From the NCBI GenBank assembly GCA_963675295.2, contig CAXXKJ010000002.1, positions 2,880,001-2,944,000 of the forward strand: 64,000 bases of DNA, written 5' to 3'. Below the pieces are notes generated by a model that searched no databases, had not been told where the DNA came from, and saw only the letters and a program-made list of their open reading frames with translations. This DNA is from a bacterium (GTDB lineage Bacteria > Electryoneota > Electryoneia > Electryoneales > Electryoneaceae). Both the position numbers and the translations under genes were made by a program. Of this stretch, positions 1 through 8,787 are shown piece after piece. Positions within the stretch are counted from its first letter, which is position 1, and every line of letters begins with the position of its first letter.

Positions 1-418
1 GGTGCGAGGTCATCGCCATCCGTGCCCAGTCGCCCGCGATACGGCGCTGGCCGGTGTTGTCGAGGTACAGTCCGCCGCCAACTTCACCCGGAATCAGGTG
101 TGCGAGGATCGCGGAAACGAGGTCATAGCTGAGGTTGAATACCTTGTCGAACGGGATGTTGAGCAGCTCGCCGAGTTCGCCGCTCTGTTTCCTGTAGAGG
201 TCAATCAGCGGCTCACGCTTCGCGGTCGCGACGATCAACGCGTCGGTGTCGATCGTGTGCACCTCGGCCACCCGCATCCCCTGCCCCACCTCACGGAAGG
301 GTTTCGGCACGATCAGGTGCAGCTCCGCTTTCGGGTAGAGCCGATGCAACCGTTCGATGAACGGCGCGGCGAGCAGGATGTCGCCCATGCGGCTGAGTGT
401 CAGCACGGCGATCTTCAT
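1..418 (-). CDS. GT9 (heptosyltransferase-like) glycosyltransferase, runs off the left window edge
   Basis: Not in ORF track; translated by hand from ATG 418: MKIAVLTLSRMGDILLAAPFIERLHRLYPKAELHLIV, the GT9 N-terminal R(M/F)GD motif; ATGA overlap with the upstream stop at 415-417. Confidence 0.85.
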   Translation of the reverse strand, partial: MKIAVLTLSRMGDILLAAPFIERLHRLYPKAELHLIVPKPFREVGQGMRVAEVHTIDTDALIVATAKREPLIDLYRKQSGELGELLNIPFDKVFNLSYDLVSAILAHLIPGEVGGGLYLDNTGQRRIAGDWARMAMTSH

Positions 419-2256
419 GCCAGCCCCTTCTCTTCGGCTTTGAGCTGGAATTCGTGCAGCAGCAGGAACAACGCTTCGGGACGGCTGAGGTCACCCTCTC
501 CCTTGCGAATCGTTTCGGCGATGGTATCAATCGACAGTTCGTCGTGATCGTCGCCCAATGTGCGGAGAAACGCCTGCAGTTCCTTGTCATCGGCAGCGGA
601 TGCTACCAGTTCGGCGACGGTGTTGCCGGTCTGTTTCGCGGCCTGCACCGGGGCGTTTTCACGGATCACACGTACTGCCTCTTCCATCCGGTGGGCGTAG
701 GTGTGATCGTGCAGCACACGTTCCCGTCCTGCTTCCGCGATTGCCTTCGCTTCGTCCGGATGGGCGAGGAAATGGTCAATCTGCGCGCGGCATTCGTCCA
801 GGTTGTGGAAGACGGCGATTTCCTTGCCCGGCTCGAACATTTCGGCCAACAGGGAACGGTGATCAACCAGTTGGAACGCGCCGCAGGATGCGATTTCGAA
901 GGTGCGCGGGTTGACGAAATCACCGTGCGGATTGACACCCTGCGCGTACGTCGACGAGTGCAGGTTGAGGTTGATCCGGGACGCGTTGAAGATGCGAACT
1001 GTTTCCTCTGTACTCACCCTGCGGCCGTTGTCCTGCAACACTTTCGCCAGACCCGGCGCTTCGTCCCAATCATTGCCCCACAGCTTGAAATCACGGTCGA
1101 GCAGGTGCAGGAAGAAGCGGCGGCGGTTGAAGTAGCCCGCCCCGACATGGCTGACATCGGCGTCGTATTTCGCCCGGTCTTCGGCGGAGAGATCCAGCGG
1201 ACGGTGGATACGTGGATCGGCAGCCACCGGCAGGTAGTGAGCGTGCTTCGCGCCCGCCTGCAACAGTTGATCGCTGAATTTGTCGCCCTGAATATGGAAG
1301 AAAACGTCGTATTCCGGCGCAACCTGCGGCCACCATGTGGCCAACTCCGAATCTTCCACGAACCACATCGCGCTGACGATACCCTCATCCCGCAGCGCGA
1401 GCAGCGCCTCTTTCGTGCCCGGTGCCTGAGCGAGGAAGAACACGACTTGCGCACGCATGTCTTTCGCTCGCGCCACGATACCGCGTCCGAGCAGCTGCGT
1501 GAACTCGGTCATCAGCTGCGCGTGCTGCTGTTTGTCGCCGGTCAGCGAATCGAGCAGCTTGCGGCCCTCGTCAAGCGCGGAATAGTCCAGCAATTCGGCG
1601 TGATGGCCAATCTTGCGGAAAGCGTCGGTGACATACGGCCCCATCGGCAGCGTGCCACCGTACACTGGCCCGGCAACGAGGATGCGCAACGGTTCATCTG
1701 TCATTCGAACAGTCACCGTTGACAGCATCTTGAGCAGCGTGTCGGCTGTGCCCGGTGCGTACTCACGCGTACCCGGCCATTCAACAAAGACGGGCGTGTG
1801 GCCGTTGGTCAGGCCGCGCTGATGGAAGGTATCCGCCAGTTCTTCCAGTCCAGAAGATCCGACATGGAGAGACGTTCCGGAGATCACCTCATGCAGTTCA
1901 CGAGCACGGACCGCGTGCCGAAACAACTCTTCGTCCGGCTCGAGGATGAACAGTTCGTCGTCGGGTCGCGCTTCCAGCCACGCTTCCGCCAGGTAGCCGA
2001 GGCCGAGGCCGATCAGCACCAGTGTCGATTTGTCCGGAAGGTTGGCGCTGAGTCGCGCGAGCTGCTGCTTCGCCTCCCGGATCGGATCGTAGCTGCTGTG
2101 CAGCGACTTGCCGTTAACGCGCAGAGACGGGGTCCCGGACCGGGACTCCGTCACCTCGAACCGGTCACTGGCCGGTTCGGATACCGCTGTGTCCGCGAGC
2201 ATTGTCAAACCCTTGTCCCGCAAGGCTCGCAGGTTACTGTCCAGCGGTGCGCTCAT
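415..2256 (-). CDS. Maf-type N-terminal domain fused to CgeB/DUF3880-like glycosyltransferase
   Basis: N-term LHSSYDPIREA...LIGLGLGY resembles Maf N-termini; C-term YLPVAADP, ASRINLNLH, VNPRTFEIASCGAFQL, HTYAHRM is CgeB-like. Confidence 0.8.
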   Translation of the reverse strand: MSAPLDSNLRALRDKGLTMLADTAVSEPASDRFEVTESRSGTPSLRVNGKSLHSSYDPIREAKQQLARLSANLPDKSTLVLIGLGLGYLAEAWLEARPDDELFILEPDEELFRHAVRARELHEVISGTSLHVGSSGLEELADTFHQRGLTNGHTPVFVEWPGTREYAPGTADTLLKMLSTVTVRMTDEPLRILVAGPVYGGTLPMGPYVTDAFRKIGHHAELLDYSALDEGRKLLDSLTGDKQQHAQLMTEFTQLLGRGIVARAKDMRAQVVFFLAQAPGTKEALLALRDEGIVSAMWFVEDSELATWWPQVAPEYDVFFHIQGDKFSDQLLQAGAKHAHYLPVAADPRIHRPLDLSAEDRAKYDADVSHVGAGYFNRRRFFLHLLDRDFKLWGNDWDEAPGLAKVLQDNGRRVSTEETVRIFNASRINLNLHSSTYAQGVNPHGDFVNPRTFEIASCGAFQLVDHRSLLAEMFEPGKEIAVFHNLDECRAQIDHFLAHPDEAKAIAEAGRERVLHDHTYAHRMEEAVRVIRENAPVQAAKQTGNTVAELVASAADDKELQAFLRTLGDDHDELSIDTIAETIRKGEGDLSRPEALFLLLHEFQLKAEEKGLA

Positions 2257-3869
2257 CCGGCAGCCCTCCGTCGTTGAATGTGCACCGTTCGGGCGCGCGT
2301 CGTCTGCGGCATCGCCTGCACGTTCGCGCGAGTGTCACGCGGCTTGCGTTTCACCATCGACGGGATGAAATACCCGGCCTTTGCGCGGCGTACGAGCAGC
2401 CGTTCGATCTCTTCATTCTTCGGGCTGCGCGAATGGTAGCGTTGCCACAACGGCAGCATGAATTCCGGCGACCGGTGCTGCATCAACACCTTATCTAGCC
2501 CCTCGAGCGCTTCGCGCGAGGTTTCGTCCATGCTGTGCACGACGGAAAAATGCTCGAACGCTGTCCACGCCGAACGTGGCGCGTGCATCCGGTTGAAGCC
2601 GGGTGTCAGATCCTGCTCCAACGCCAGCAGTCGTTCTCCGGTCGCGAGGTGCAGCATCATGCGGTCAGCACCATCCATCTCCAGCGCCTCACGGGCGGTC
2701 GTATCATCACCGATGGACAGCGCGAGGCTGGCCAACGCGGGCTTGAGTGTCGGGCTGGCGATCCCTTCCTGCAGCATCTGCTTGAGGTAATCTCGTGCCT
2801 GTTCCGCCTGGCCGACTCCTTCGAGAAAGATCGTCTGCCGGCCCGGATCGAGCAGATGGAACCGGTCCACCAGCCACTCGGCGGCGCGGTGGCGGTGTTC
2901 GCGAAGGTGTTCCCACTTCCACGACGCCATCCACTTGCCCCATTCGTAGCGGGCTCGGGCGTCATCGCTATCACGTGCGTCACGGATCTTCAACCCGGCC
3001 AACTCACGCAGTACCTTGCGCGCACGGTGTTGAATCGAGTGCGTCGTCCGGATCACTTCGGCGGCGGAGTTTCCGACCTGCTGCATGGTTTCCGGATCGT
3101 CCAGCAGTTGCTGAACGACAGTTTCCAGGTTTTGTGCGTTGAAGGTGACCAGCTCACGGTTATCGCCGAACAACTTATCCTCGCCGCGGCCCTGCTCGGT
3201 CAGCAACACCGCGCCGCATGCCATCGCTTCGAAGGTGCGCAGGTTAACGCCGTCGAACAGCAGTTCGTTGAGCACGATCTTCGCGCGGCGGTAGTAGTTC
3301 GCGACATCGTCAGACCCGACCGACCGTGTGCCGCCACCGTCAACGAGCGTCACGTCCGCAATTCGGCGCAGACGGTGCAGGATCGCCGAACGTTTTGGCC
3401 GGCGGTCATAGTCCATCGTGCCGACGAATACGACGTCGAGATCACGTTCCTTAGAATCGTCCGGCGGAAAGAAGACATTGCGGTCGGCGGCCAGGGGAAG
3501 CCAATTCGCCCACGTAATGCCCTGTTTGCGCCAGTGTTCGACGGTTTCCGGCTGATCAACCCACACCTGGTCCCAGAAGTGGGCGAAATCCTGCTGCCAG
3601 AAATCGTTGATCGGCGTATCGATGGCGTAAAATGCACGCGGCGCGCGGATCTTTTCCAGTCCATGGAAGAAAACGTGCCGATTGATGCTGTCCACCTGGA
3701 GGATCGCGTCTGGCCTGAATGGCAACTTCGCAATCGCTTCCGAAATGTCATCGTAATCCGGATCGACGACGACATCATTGTCTTCGCCTGGTCCGACGCG
3801 CAGCACCTGCACCCCGGCTTCCTCGATCGTCGATCCGAAATAGCTATCGTTCAGCAACAGGAGATTCAT
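2253..3869 (-). CDS. CgeB-like glycosyltransferase with helical C-terminal extension
   Basis: WLPLAAD, DVVFVG, AKIVLNE, VNLRTFEAMACGAVLL, HSIQHRA motifs. Confidence 0.8.
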   Translation of the reverse strand: MNLLLLNDSYFGSTIEEAGVQVLRVGPGEDNDVVVDPDYDDISEAIAKLPFRPDAILQVDSINRHVFFHGLEKIRAPRAFYAIDTPINDFWQQDFAHFWDQVWVDQPETVEHWRKQGITWANWLPLAADRNVFFPPDDSKERDLDVVFVGTMDYDRRPKRSAILHRLRRIADVTLVDGGGTRSVGSDDVANYYRRAKIVLNELLFDGVNLRTFEAMACGAVLLTEQGRGEDKLFGDNRELVTFNAQNLETVVQQLLDDPETMQQVGNSAAEVIRTTHSIQHRARKVLRELAGLKIRDARDSDDARARYEWGKWMASWKWEHLREHRHRAAEWLVDRFHLLDPGRQTIFLEGVGQAEQARDYLKQMLQEGIASPTLKPALASLALSIGDDTTAREALEMDGADRMMLHLATGERLLALEQDLTPGFNRMHAPRSAWTAFEHFSVVHSMDETSREALEGLDKVLMQHRSPEFMLPLWQRYHSRSPKNEEIERLLVRRAKAGYFIPSMVKRKPRDTRANVQAMPQTTRARTVHIQRRRAAG

Positions 3870-4174
3870 GCGGCCTCCTCCCCGTTTGCGTGAGTGGTTG
3901 TGACCGTCATCCGGTCACTCCAGCGGCGGTTGGCGTAGGGGTAGCCGTCCGGGCGAAGCGGCAGCAGCCGGTTCGGACGTGCGTGCGGACGCGACCCCAT
4001 TCGCGAGCTGCGGCGTACCGCTAGATCGCTGGTGTTGTAGATCGGGGAGGCATGGACGAAAATGGAGTACGGCGTCACCGGCACGAGCGACCGGCTCAGG
4101 TTGAGCTGACTGCCCGGCACTCTCTGTGGTTGCTGTGAAGTCATGGTCCATCTCCGTGAACTGTATTGTCTCAT
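3866..4174 (-). CDS. small hypothetical protein (102 aa; alternative start 4144)
   Basis: ATGA overlaps with both neighbours; GGAG ahead of ATG 4144; no recognisable motif. Confidence 0.45.
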   Translation of the reverse strand: MRQYSSRRWTMTSQQPQRVPGSQLNLSRSLVPVTPYSIFVHASPIYNTSDLAVRRSSRMGSRPHARPNRLLPLRPDGYPYANRRWSDRMTVTTTHANGEEAA

Positions 4175-5598
4175 GCCTGTATCCCCATTCTCTGCGATAC
4201 CGCGCTGGATTTTTCCGTCAACAGGACCACCGTCTCCCGCACGAAGGCCTGTACAATCGAGCCCAGCCAGCGTTCTTCACCCTGGAACGCCGCGCCGGGA
4301 CTGGTCATCAGTTTTGCCAGGACGCCTCGTTGCTCGTCGCTGAGGACAGCATCGTCCGGGACGTTGGCCGTGCCGAGCGCTGCTTGTCCGTGGATGAGCC
4401 AACGGAGGTAAGGTGTCCATCGTTGCCCCTGGCCGAGTGGAACGCGTTCCGTGCCGGCGAGGGGTGCGTAGCGGAGACCCACATCGTCAGGTCGGGCCAC
4501 CAGTACAGCGAAGGCGTCGTTCGCATCGATCAGACTCCGTTGCGGCTCGTCACCATCCGCCAGGGCTGACGCGAGCCTGACAATCGTTTGAACGGGCAAC
4601 CCGTGCAGGTCATCCCGTTGGTTTTCGTTGAATTCAAGCGTGTTCCGCCGCACAATCGCGACCGCGCCCTTCATGTACGGCCCGGTCTCAACCGGATTCG
4701 CGCCAGCCATGAACAATCCGACGCAGGGCGTCTTGGTCGCCGCCGCCAGTTGCAGGGTGCCGGTATCACTGCTGATCAGCACGTCGCACGCGTTGAGCAC
4801 GCCGGGCAGGTCCGAAATTCTGGTCGCCCCGGCGAGGTCGGTGATCCTGTCGCGCTGGCTGTCCGGCAATGATTGGATCAACATCGCCGCGGTATCCCTG
4901 TCTTCCGGCAGGCCAAGCAGTACGATCTCGGCGTCACCCGTCGCGAGCAATCCAGCCGTGATCTCGGCAAGCTTTTCCCATGGAGGACGTCTTCCTGCCG
5001 CTTTCGCACCCAGATTGAGGGCAAAACGCTTGATTTTCATAGAGCTTACACTGCTACTACGCGTAGATAGGGCAAAGCCTGTGCCCAGTTGATAATTTTG
5101 GATTTGCGGTTCTGGTACCGGTCCGGAAGCAGCGGCATAGGCCGCCCAGATCTCGCTCAGGTGGATCGGGTTGAACGCGCGATCCTGCGTCGCAACCGCC
5201 AGGTAGCGATGCGGAGCGGGCACCGTCCGGCGCGGACGCGGACCCAACCGCTCACAGGCGGGGATCAGCTCCGCCAGCGCTCCGCTGAACGGGTCCATGT
5301 TCAATGTGATCAACGTGTTAAGGGGATCACGATCCAGCAGCGGACGCAGCCAGTCGCGCAGTGCACGGATACTGTCCGTGAGACCGGCGTCTGGATCGTA
5401 GGGCAGGCGGCTGACCGGTAACGGCAGGACCTCGTCAACCTCCACCAGCATCTCCGCGATGGGTGCGTTGCGGGCGTCCACGAGCAACAACAGCCGCGCG
5501 TCCGGATGGGTCGCGCGGAGCCGTTGGATCAACGGTGACGTTTGGATCAGGTCGCCGAAACGGGCGAGCTGCAGGATACCGATCACCGGCCCGGGCAT
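4171..5598 (-). CDS. GT9 family glycosyltransferase
   Basis: QLARFGDLIQT N-term; DLAGAT...CDVLISSDTGTLQLAAA...ETGPY motifs. Confidence 0.85.
   Translation of the reverse strand: MPGPVIGILQLARFGDLIQTSPLIQRLRATHPDARLLLLVDARNAPIAEMLVEVDEVLPLPVSRLPYDPDAGLTDSIRALRDWLRPLLDRDPLNTLITLNMDPFSGALAELIPACERLGPRPRRTVPAPHRYLAVATQDRAFNPIHLSEIWAAYAAASGPVPEPQIQNYQLGTGFALSTRSSSVSSMKIKRFALNLGAKAAGRRPPWEKLAEITAGLLATGDAEIVLLGLPEDRDTAAMLIQSLPDSQRDRITDLAGATRISDLPGVLNACDVLISSDTGTLQLAAATKTPCVGLFMAGANPVETGPYMKGAVAIVRRNTLEFNENQRDDLHGLPVQTIVRLASALADGDEPQRSLIDANDAFAVLVARPDDVGLRYAPLAGTERVPLGQGQRWTPYLRWLIHGQAALGTANVPDDAVLSDEQRGVLAKLMTSPGAAFQGEERWLGSIVQAFVRETVVLLTEKSSAVSQRMGIQA
5070..5086. promoter_or_regulatory. candidate intragenic sigma54 -24/-12 element inside the GT9 gene
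   Basis: Minus strand GGGCAC-AGGCT-TTGCC fits GGCAC-N5-TTGC; plus strand also has GG-N10-GC; lies in an AT-richer patch. Confidence 0.4.
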
Positions 5599-5602
5599 AC
5601 GC

Positions 5603-7822
5603 CTACCCCTGGCCGCTGGGAGCAGGTCCGGCGAGATGGGCGATGATCTGCCGCGCGCCGTCGTGGTTCGGATTCACCTTAAGCACCGTTTCGGCTTCGT
5701 TCTTCGCCAACGCCGCCTGGTTGGTACCGAAGTAGATCGCCGCCAGGTGGAAGCGTGCTTCCACGTCCTCCGGGCAATGCTCGAGGTAGGTTGACAGTCC
5801 GGACACCGCCTCGCTCATCTTCTCTGACTGCACCGCCGCGGCGACAAGTCCGACCACCGCGTGCCGGAACGCCGGGTTGTGGCTCAACGCCTGCTGGAAG
5901 TGCTGCAGGGCTTCACCGGGCTTCTCCTCCTTGAGGAAGCTGTTGCCGAGTCCGAGGTGCCCGCGCTGGTTGGACGGATTCAGCTCGACGACGCGGCTGA
6001 AGATCGAGCGCGCCTGCTCGAGTTCGTCCTTGATCATGTGGTACGTGCCGATGCCGATCCATGCGCGTTCGGCGGACGCGTCGTCCTTGACCGCCTTCTG
6101 GTAGCACTGGAAGGCTTCGTCGGGCCGGTCCTGACGGAAACGGGCATCCCCGAGCAATGTCCAGAAGATGACCCGTTCCGCGACGTGCCCGTTCAACGCC
6201 GGCTGCATCTCAACCAGCGCCGACTCCGCGCTGCTGTAGTCCCCCTCTTTGATCAGGGCATCAGCTTGCGCGAGCAAATCGGACATGTTGGATGTGCCGG
6301 GAGTGCTGGTTTTCGGAGGCTGTGCGGTTCCGGTGGTTGACAGCTCCATGGAACGGGCCCTCGTTACGTACGTAGTCGGATCGAACTGATCCTTGCGGTA
6401 CACAGTGGACGGCTTGCCAGTTAACGCCGCGCGCATCTGATCGGGCAACCAACCAGGTTGCAACGTTTCGGACGGCTTGATCGGGGCGATATACGGTGCC
6501 TTCGCTTCCTCGACGACATGCGCCAGATTCTCGGAAGTGCAGAGCTCCCCCGCGACCTTGACCGTGTACGCGCCGACTTCATCGAGCAGCTTGATCAATG
6601 CTGGATCCGCCGCGTCAGGCAGGCAGACAAGCAGTTCGAAGGGGATGGTGTCAGTGTGATCCAGCACCTGGTTGACCGCGTTGCGCGCTGCGTCGGAGGT
6701 GTCATCAAGCGCCAGCAGCAGGCTGACCAGCGGCATGCTTTGGTCCGCCCACACACCATAAACGTGATCTTCGACCTCGAGCATCGCTTTGTCACGGTCC
6801 TGCGGCGCGGTTGCCGGGAAGCGGTTCCACACCTCGGCCAATGTCTCCAGCATCAGCAGAGATCCGCTGGGATCGCTGAACATTCCGGCGACCACGTCGT
6901 CCGTAGTGAAGGTTCCCACTTCCGGCTCGGCAGTCTCGGGTTGCGCGGTACCGTTCGTGTGATCTGCGTACGAATCCTCGGATTCACTCTCCGTCACTCG
7001 TTCTGTCTCATCGTCTTCGGGCAACGGTTGAGGCTTCAGCGCACCCATCGCCTCCAGCCGTGCGGCGAGTTCGATGCGATGTTTCAGCGAGATCGTATCA
7101 CACGATGCCGCGTCCGACTGATTGGCCAGTGAGAGTAATGCCACGGCTGGCTCAACGCGATCGAGCTTCGCGAGTACGATCCCCGCCCGGGTCTGCAATT
7201 GCACCGGAGCGTTCGCCGCCCACGCGTCCACATCCTCGAGGTTCGTGCTGCTGATCTGTTGTTCGATCAGGGCGCGGGTGGCGTCATCCTTGCTGATCGC
7301 CAGCAGATCGACAAGGCTGAGCAAACCGTGCAACGTTTCCGTCAGATCGTCGGACCACAGTGGTGCGGTGTCGAGCAGGGCGTGAATGCGCAGAATGCCG
7401 GCGTCGAGGAGGGCTGGTTCCTGCCGGGCCATTCCGGCGAGCACCAAGGCGCGTGCAAGCCTCAATTCACGCTCCATCGGTTCCAGCGGCGGAGCGGAAC
7501 GGAGCACATTCACCGCGAACTCAAGCGCCTCGACGACACCGTCAACCGGCAGGTTGCGCAGCTTCAGACCGACCAGCGACTCGACGGCGATGACCGTCGT
7601 CCACGTGTCGTCCCACCCGCCTTCCTCGTCGCGTGCATCCAGCACGGTCCGCGTGATCTCCCGGACTTCCTCGACACAGCCTCTCTCCCCCAGCGTCGGA
7701 AGCGCATGCAGGGTTGAGAGCAGATCGGGAGTGCCGTCATGAGTGTCGCTGACGTACCCGTCCGCGTGAATGCGGGCGAGCAATTCGACGAGATCGGTAT
7801 GCAGCTTTGTTGGTTCAGCCAT
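5603..7822 (-). CDS. multi-domain protein: helical N-term, degenerate GT2-like segment, C-terminal TPR repeats
   Basis: TPR patterns (LGDARFRQDRPDEAFQCYQKA, GHLGLGNSF, ARFHLAAIY); PLVSLLL...FELLV...AKAPYI...PGWL resembles GT2. Confidence 0.75.
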   Translation of the reverse strand: MAEPTKLHTDLVELLARIHADGYVSDTHDGTPDLLSTLHALPTLGERGCVEEVREITRTVLDARDEEGGWDDTWTTVIAVESLVGLKLRNLPVDGVVEALEFAVNVLRSAPPLEPMERELRLARALVLAGMARQEPALLDAGILRIHALLDTAPLWSDDLTETLHGLLSLVDLLAISKDDATRALIEQQISSTNLEDVDAWAANAPVQLQTRAGIVLAKLDRVEPAVALLSLANQSDAASCDTISLKHRIELAARLEAMGALKPQPLPEDDETERVTESESEDSYADHTNGTAQPETAEPEVGTFTTDDVVAGMFSDPSGSLLMLETLAEVWNRFPATAPQDRDKAMLEVEDHVYGVWADQSMPLVSLLLALDDTSDAARNAVNQVLDHTDTIPFELLVCLPDAADPALIKLLDEVGAYTVKVAGELCTSENLAHVVEEAKAPYIAPIKPSETLQPGWLPDQMRAALTGKPSTVYRKDQFDPTTYVTRARSMELSTTGTAQPPKTSTPGTSNMSDLLAQADALIKEGDYSSAESALVEMQPALNGHVAERVIFWTLLGDARFRQDRPDEAFQCYQKAVKDDASAERAWIGIGTYHMIKDELEQARSIFSRVVELNPSNQRGHLGLGNSFLKEEKPGEALQHFQQALSHNPAFRHAVVGLVAAAVQSEKMSEAVSGLSTYLEHCPEDVEARFHLAAIYFGTNQAALAKNEAETVLKVNPNHDGARQIIAHLAGPAPSGQG

Positions 7823-7829
7823 GGGTCTC

Positions 7830-8768
7830 TCAACGCATGAAGTTGACGATGCTGGCGTTCAGCACCTGGGTTCCGACAGCCATTGCCTGTTCGAGCGCGA
7901 TGGATTGCAGTTCGAACTGGGTCAGCCACTCGGCGAGGTCGCCTTCCTCGGCGTCGACAAGCTGATCTTCCTCGCGGATCTCGACCTCGTAGTGACGGTT
8001 CTGGATCGACTGCAGCCGGTTGTAGCGTCCACCGATTTCGGTCTGAGCGTTCTGCACGAGGTCCATCGAGTCGTCGATCTTGCTGATCGACTGTTCGATG
8101 ATGGCGGTGTTCTGGTCGCTTTGATCCGACCGGAGGGCATCACGCAGTTCGATCAGTACCTGAAAGATGTCGCCGGACTGTGTCGGCGCGCCGGTCTGAA
8201 AAACGTCGCTGCCGTTAATGTTGATCTTGACCTCGAGACCTTCGTCCGCCATGACGGTGATTTCCCCGTCCATCCGTTCCTGCCGGCCGTTGACCTGCTG
8301 GATTTCGCCGGTGTTTGGATCGCGGACGACCTCGTACGGCGCTTCCTCGGTGTTGAAACCACCGAAGATGTAGGCGTCATCCTCACGCGTATTGCCCTGG
8401 GCAACGAGATCCTCGAGGATCAGGTTGATCGCGACTGCGACCGCTTCCCGTTGCGACGGCACAGATGCATCGTTCGCAATTTCCACTGCCTTCGCGCGCG
8501 CTTCGGTGAGGATATCGTTGACCGACATCAGCGATGCTTCCGCCATGCTCAGGCGTGACATGCCGAAGTCGAGGTTGCGGACATACTGGTTGCGGCGTGA
8601 CAGGGACGAGCGCAGCAGCAGCGACTTCTGCCCGCGCACGGGATCGTCGCTGGCTTTCTGCACTTCCCGGCCATCGGTGAGAACACTTTGCGCCCGGTAA
8701 AGGTCGGTCTGCAACCGTTCCAAGTCGTACAACATCGTGTTCCGGCGCATTTGGCTCGTAATTCTCAT
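7830..8768 (-). CDS. flgL: hook-associated protein 3 FlgL
   Basis: MRIT start, KASDDPV, YIFGG, SIVNFMR C-term; follows flgK. Confidence 0.93.
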   Translation of the reverse strand: MRITSQMRRNTMLYDLERLQTDLYRAQSVLTDGREVQKASDDPVRGQKSLLLRSSLSRRNQYVRNLDFGMSRLSMAEASLMSVNDILTEARAKAVEIANDASVPSQREAVAVAINLILEDLVAQGNTREDDAYIFGGFNTEEAPYEVVRDPNTGEIQQVNGRQERMDGEITVMADEGLEVKININGSDVFQTGAPTQSGDIFQVLIELRDALRSDQSDQNTAIIEQSISKIDDSMDLVQNAQTEIGGRYNRLQSIQNRHYEVEIREEDQLVDAEEGDLAEWLTQFELQSIALEQAMAVGTQVLNASIVNFMR

Positions 8769-8787
8769 GCGTCTATCCCTCGATTGG

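Noticed and set aside
397-3893. Long plus-strand ORFs 397..1722 and 2535..3893
   Set aside because: Antisense shadows of well-supported minus-strand glycosyltransferases; no motifs
3915-4151. Alternative 78-aa ORF
   Set aside because: The overlapping 3866..4174 frame is better supported by coupling at both ends
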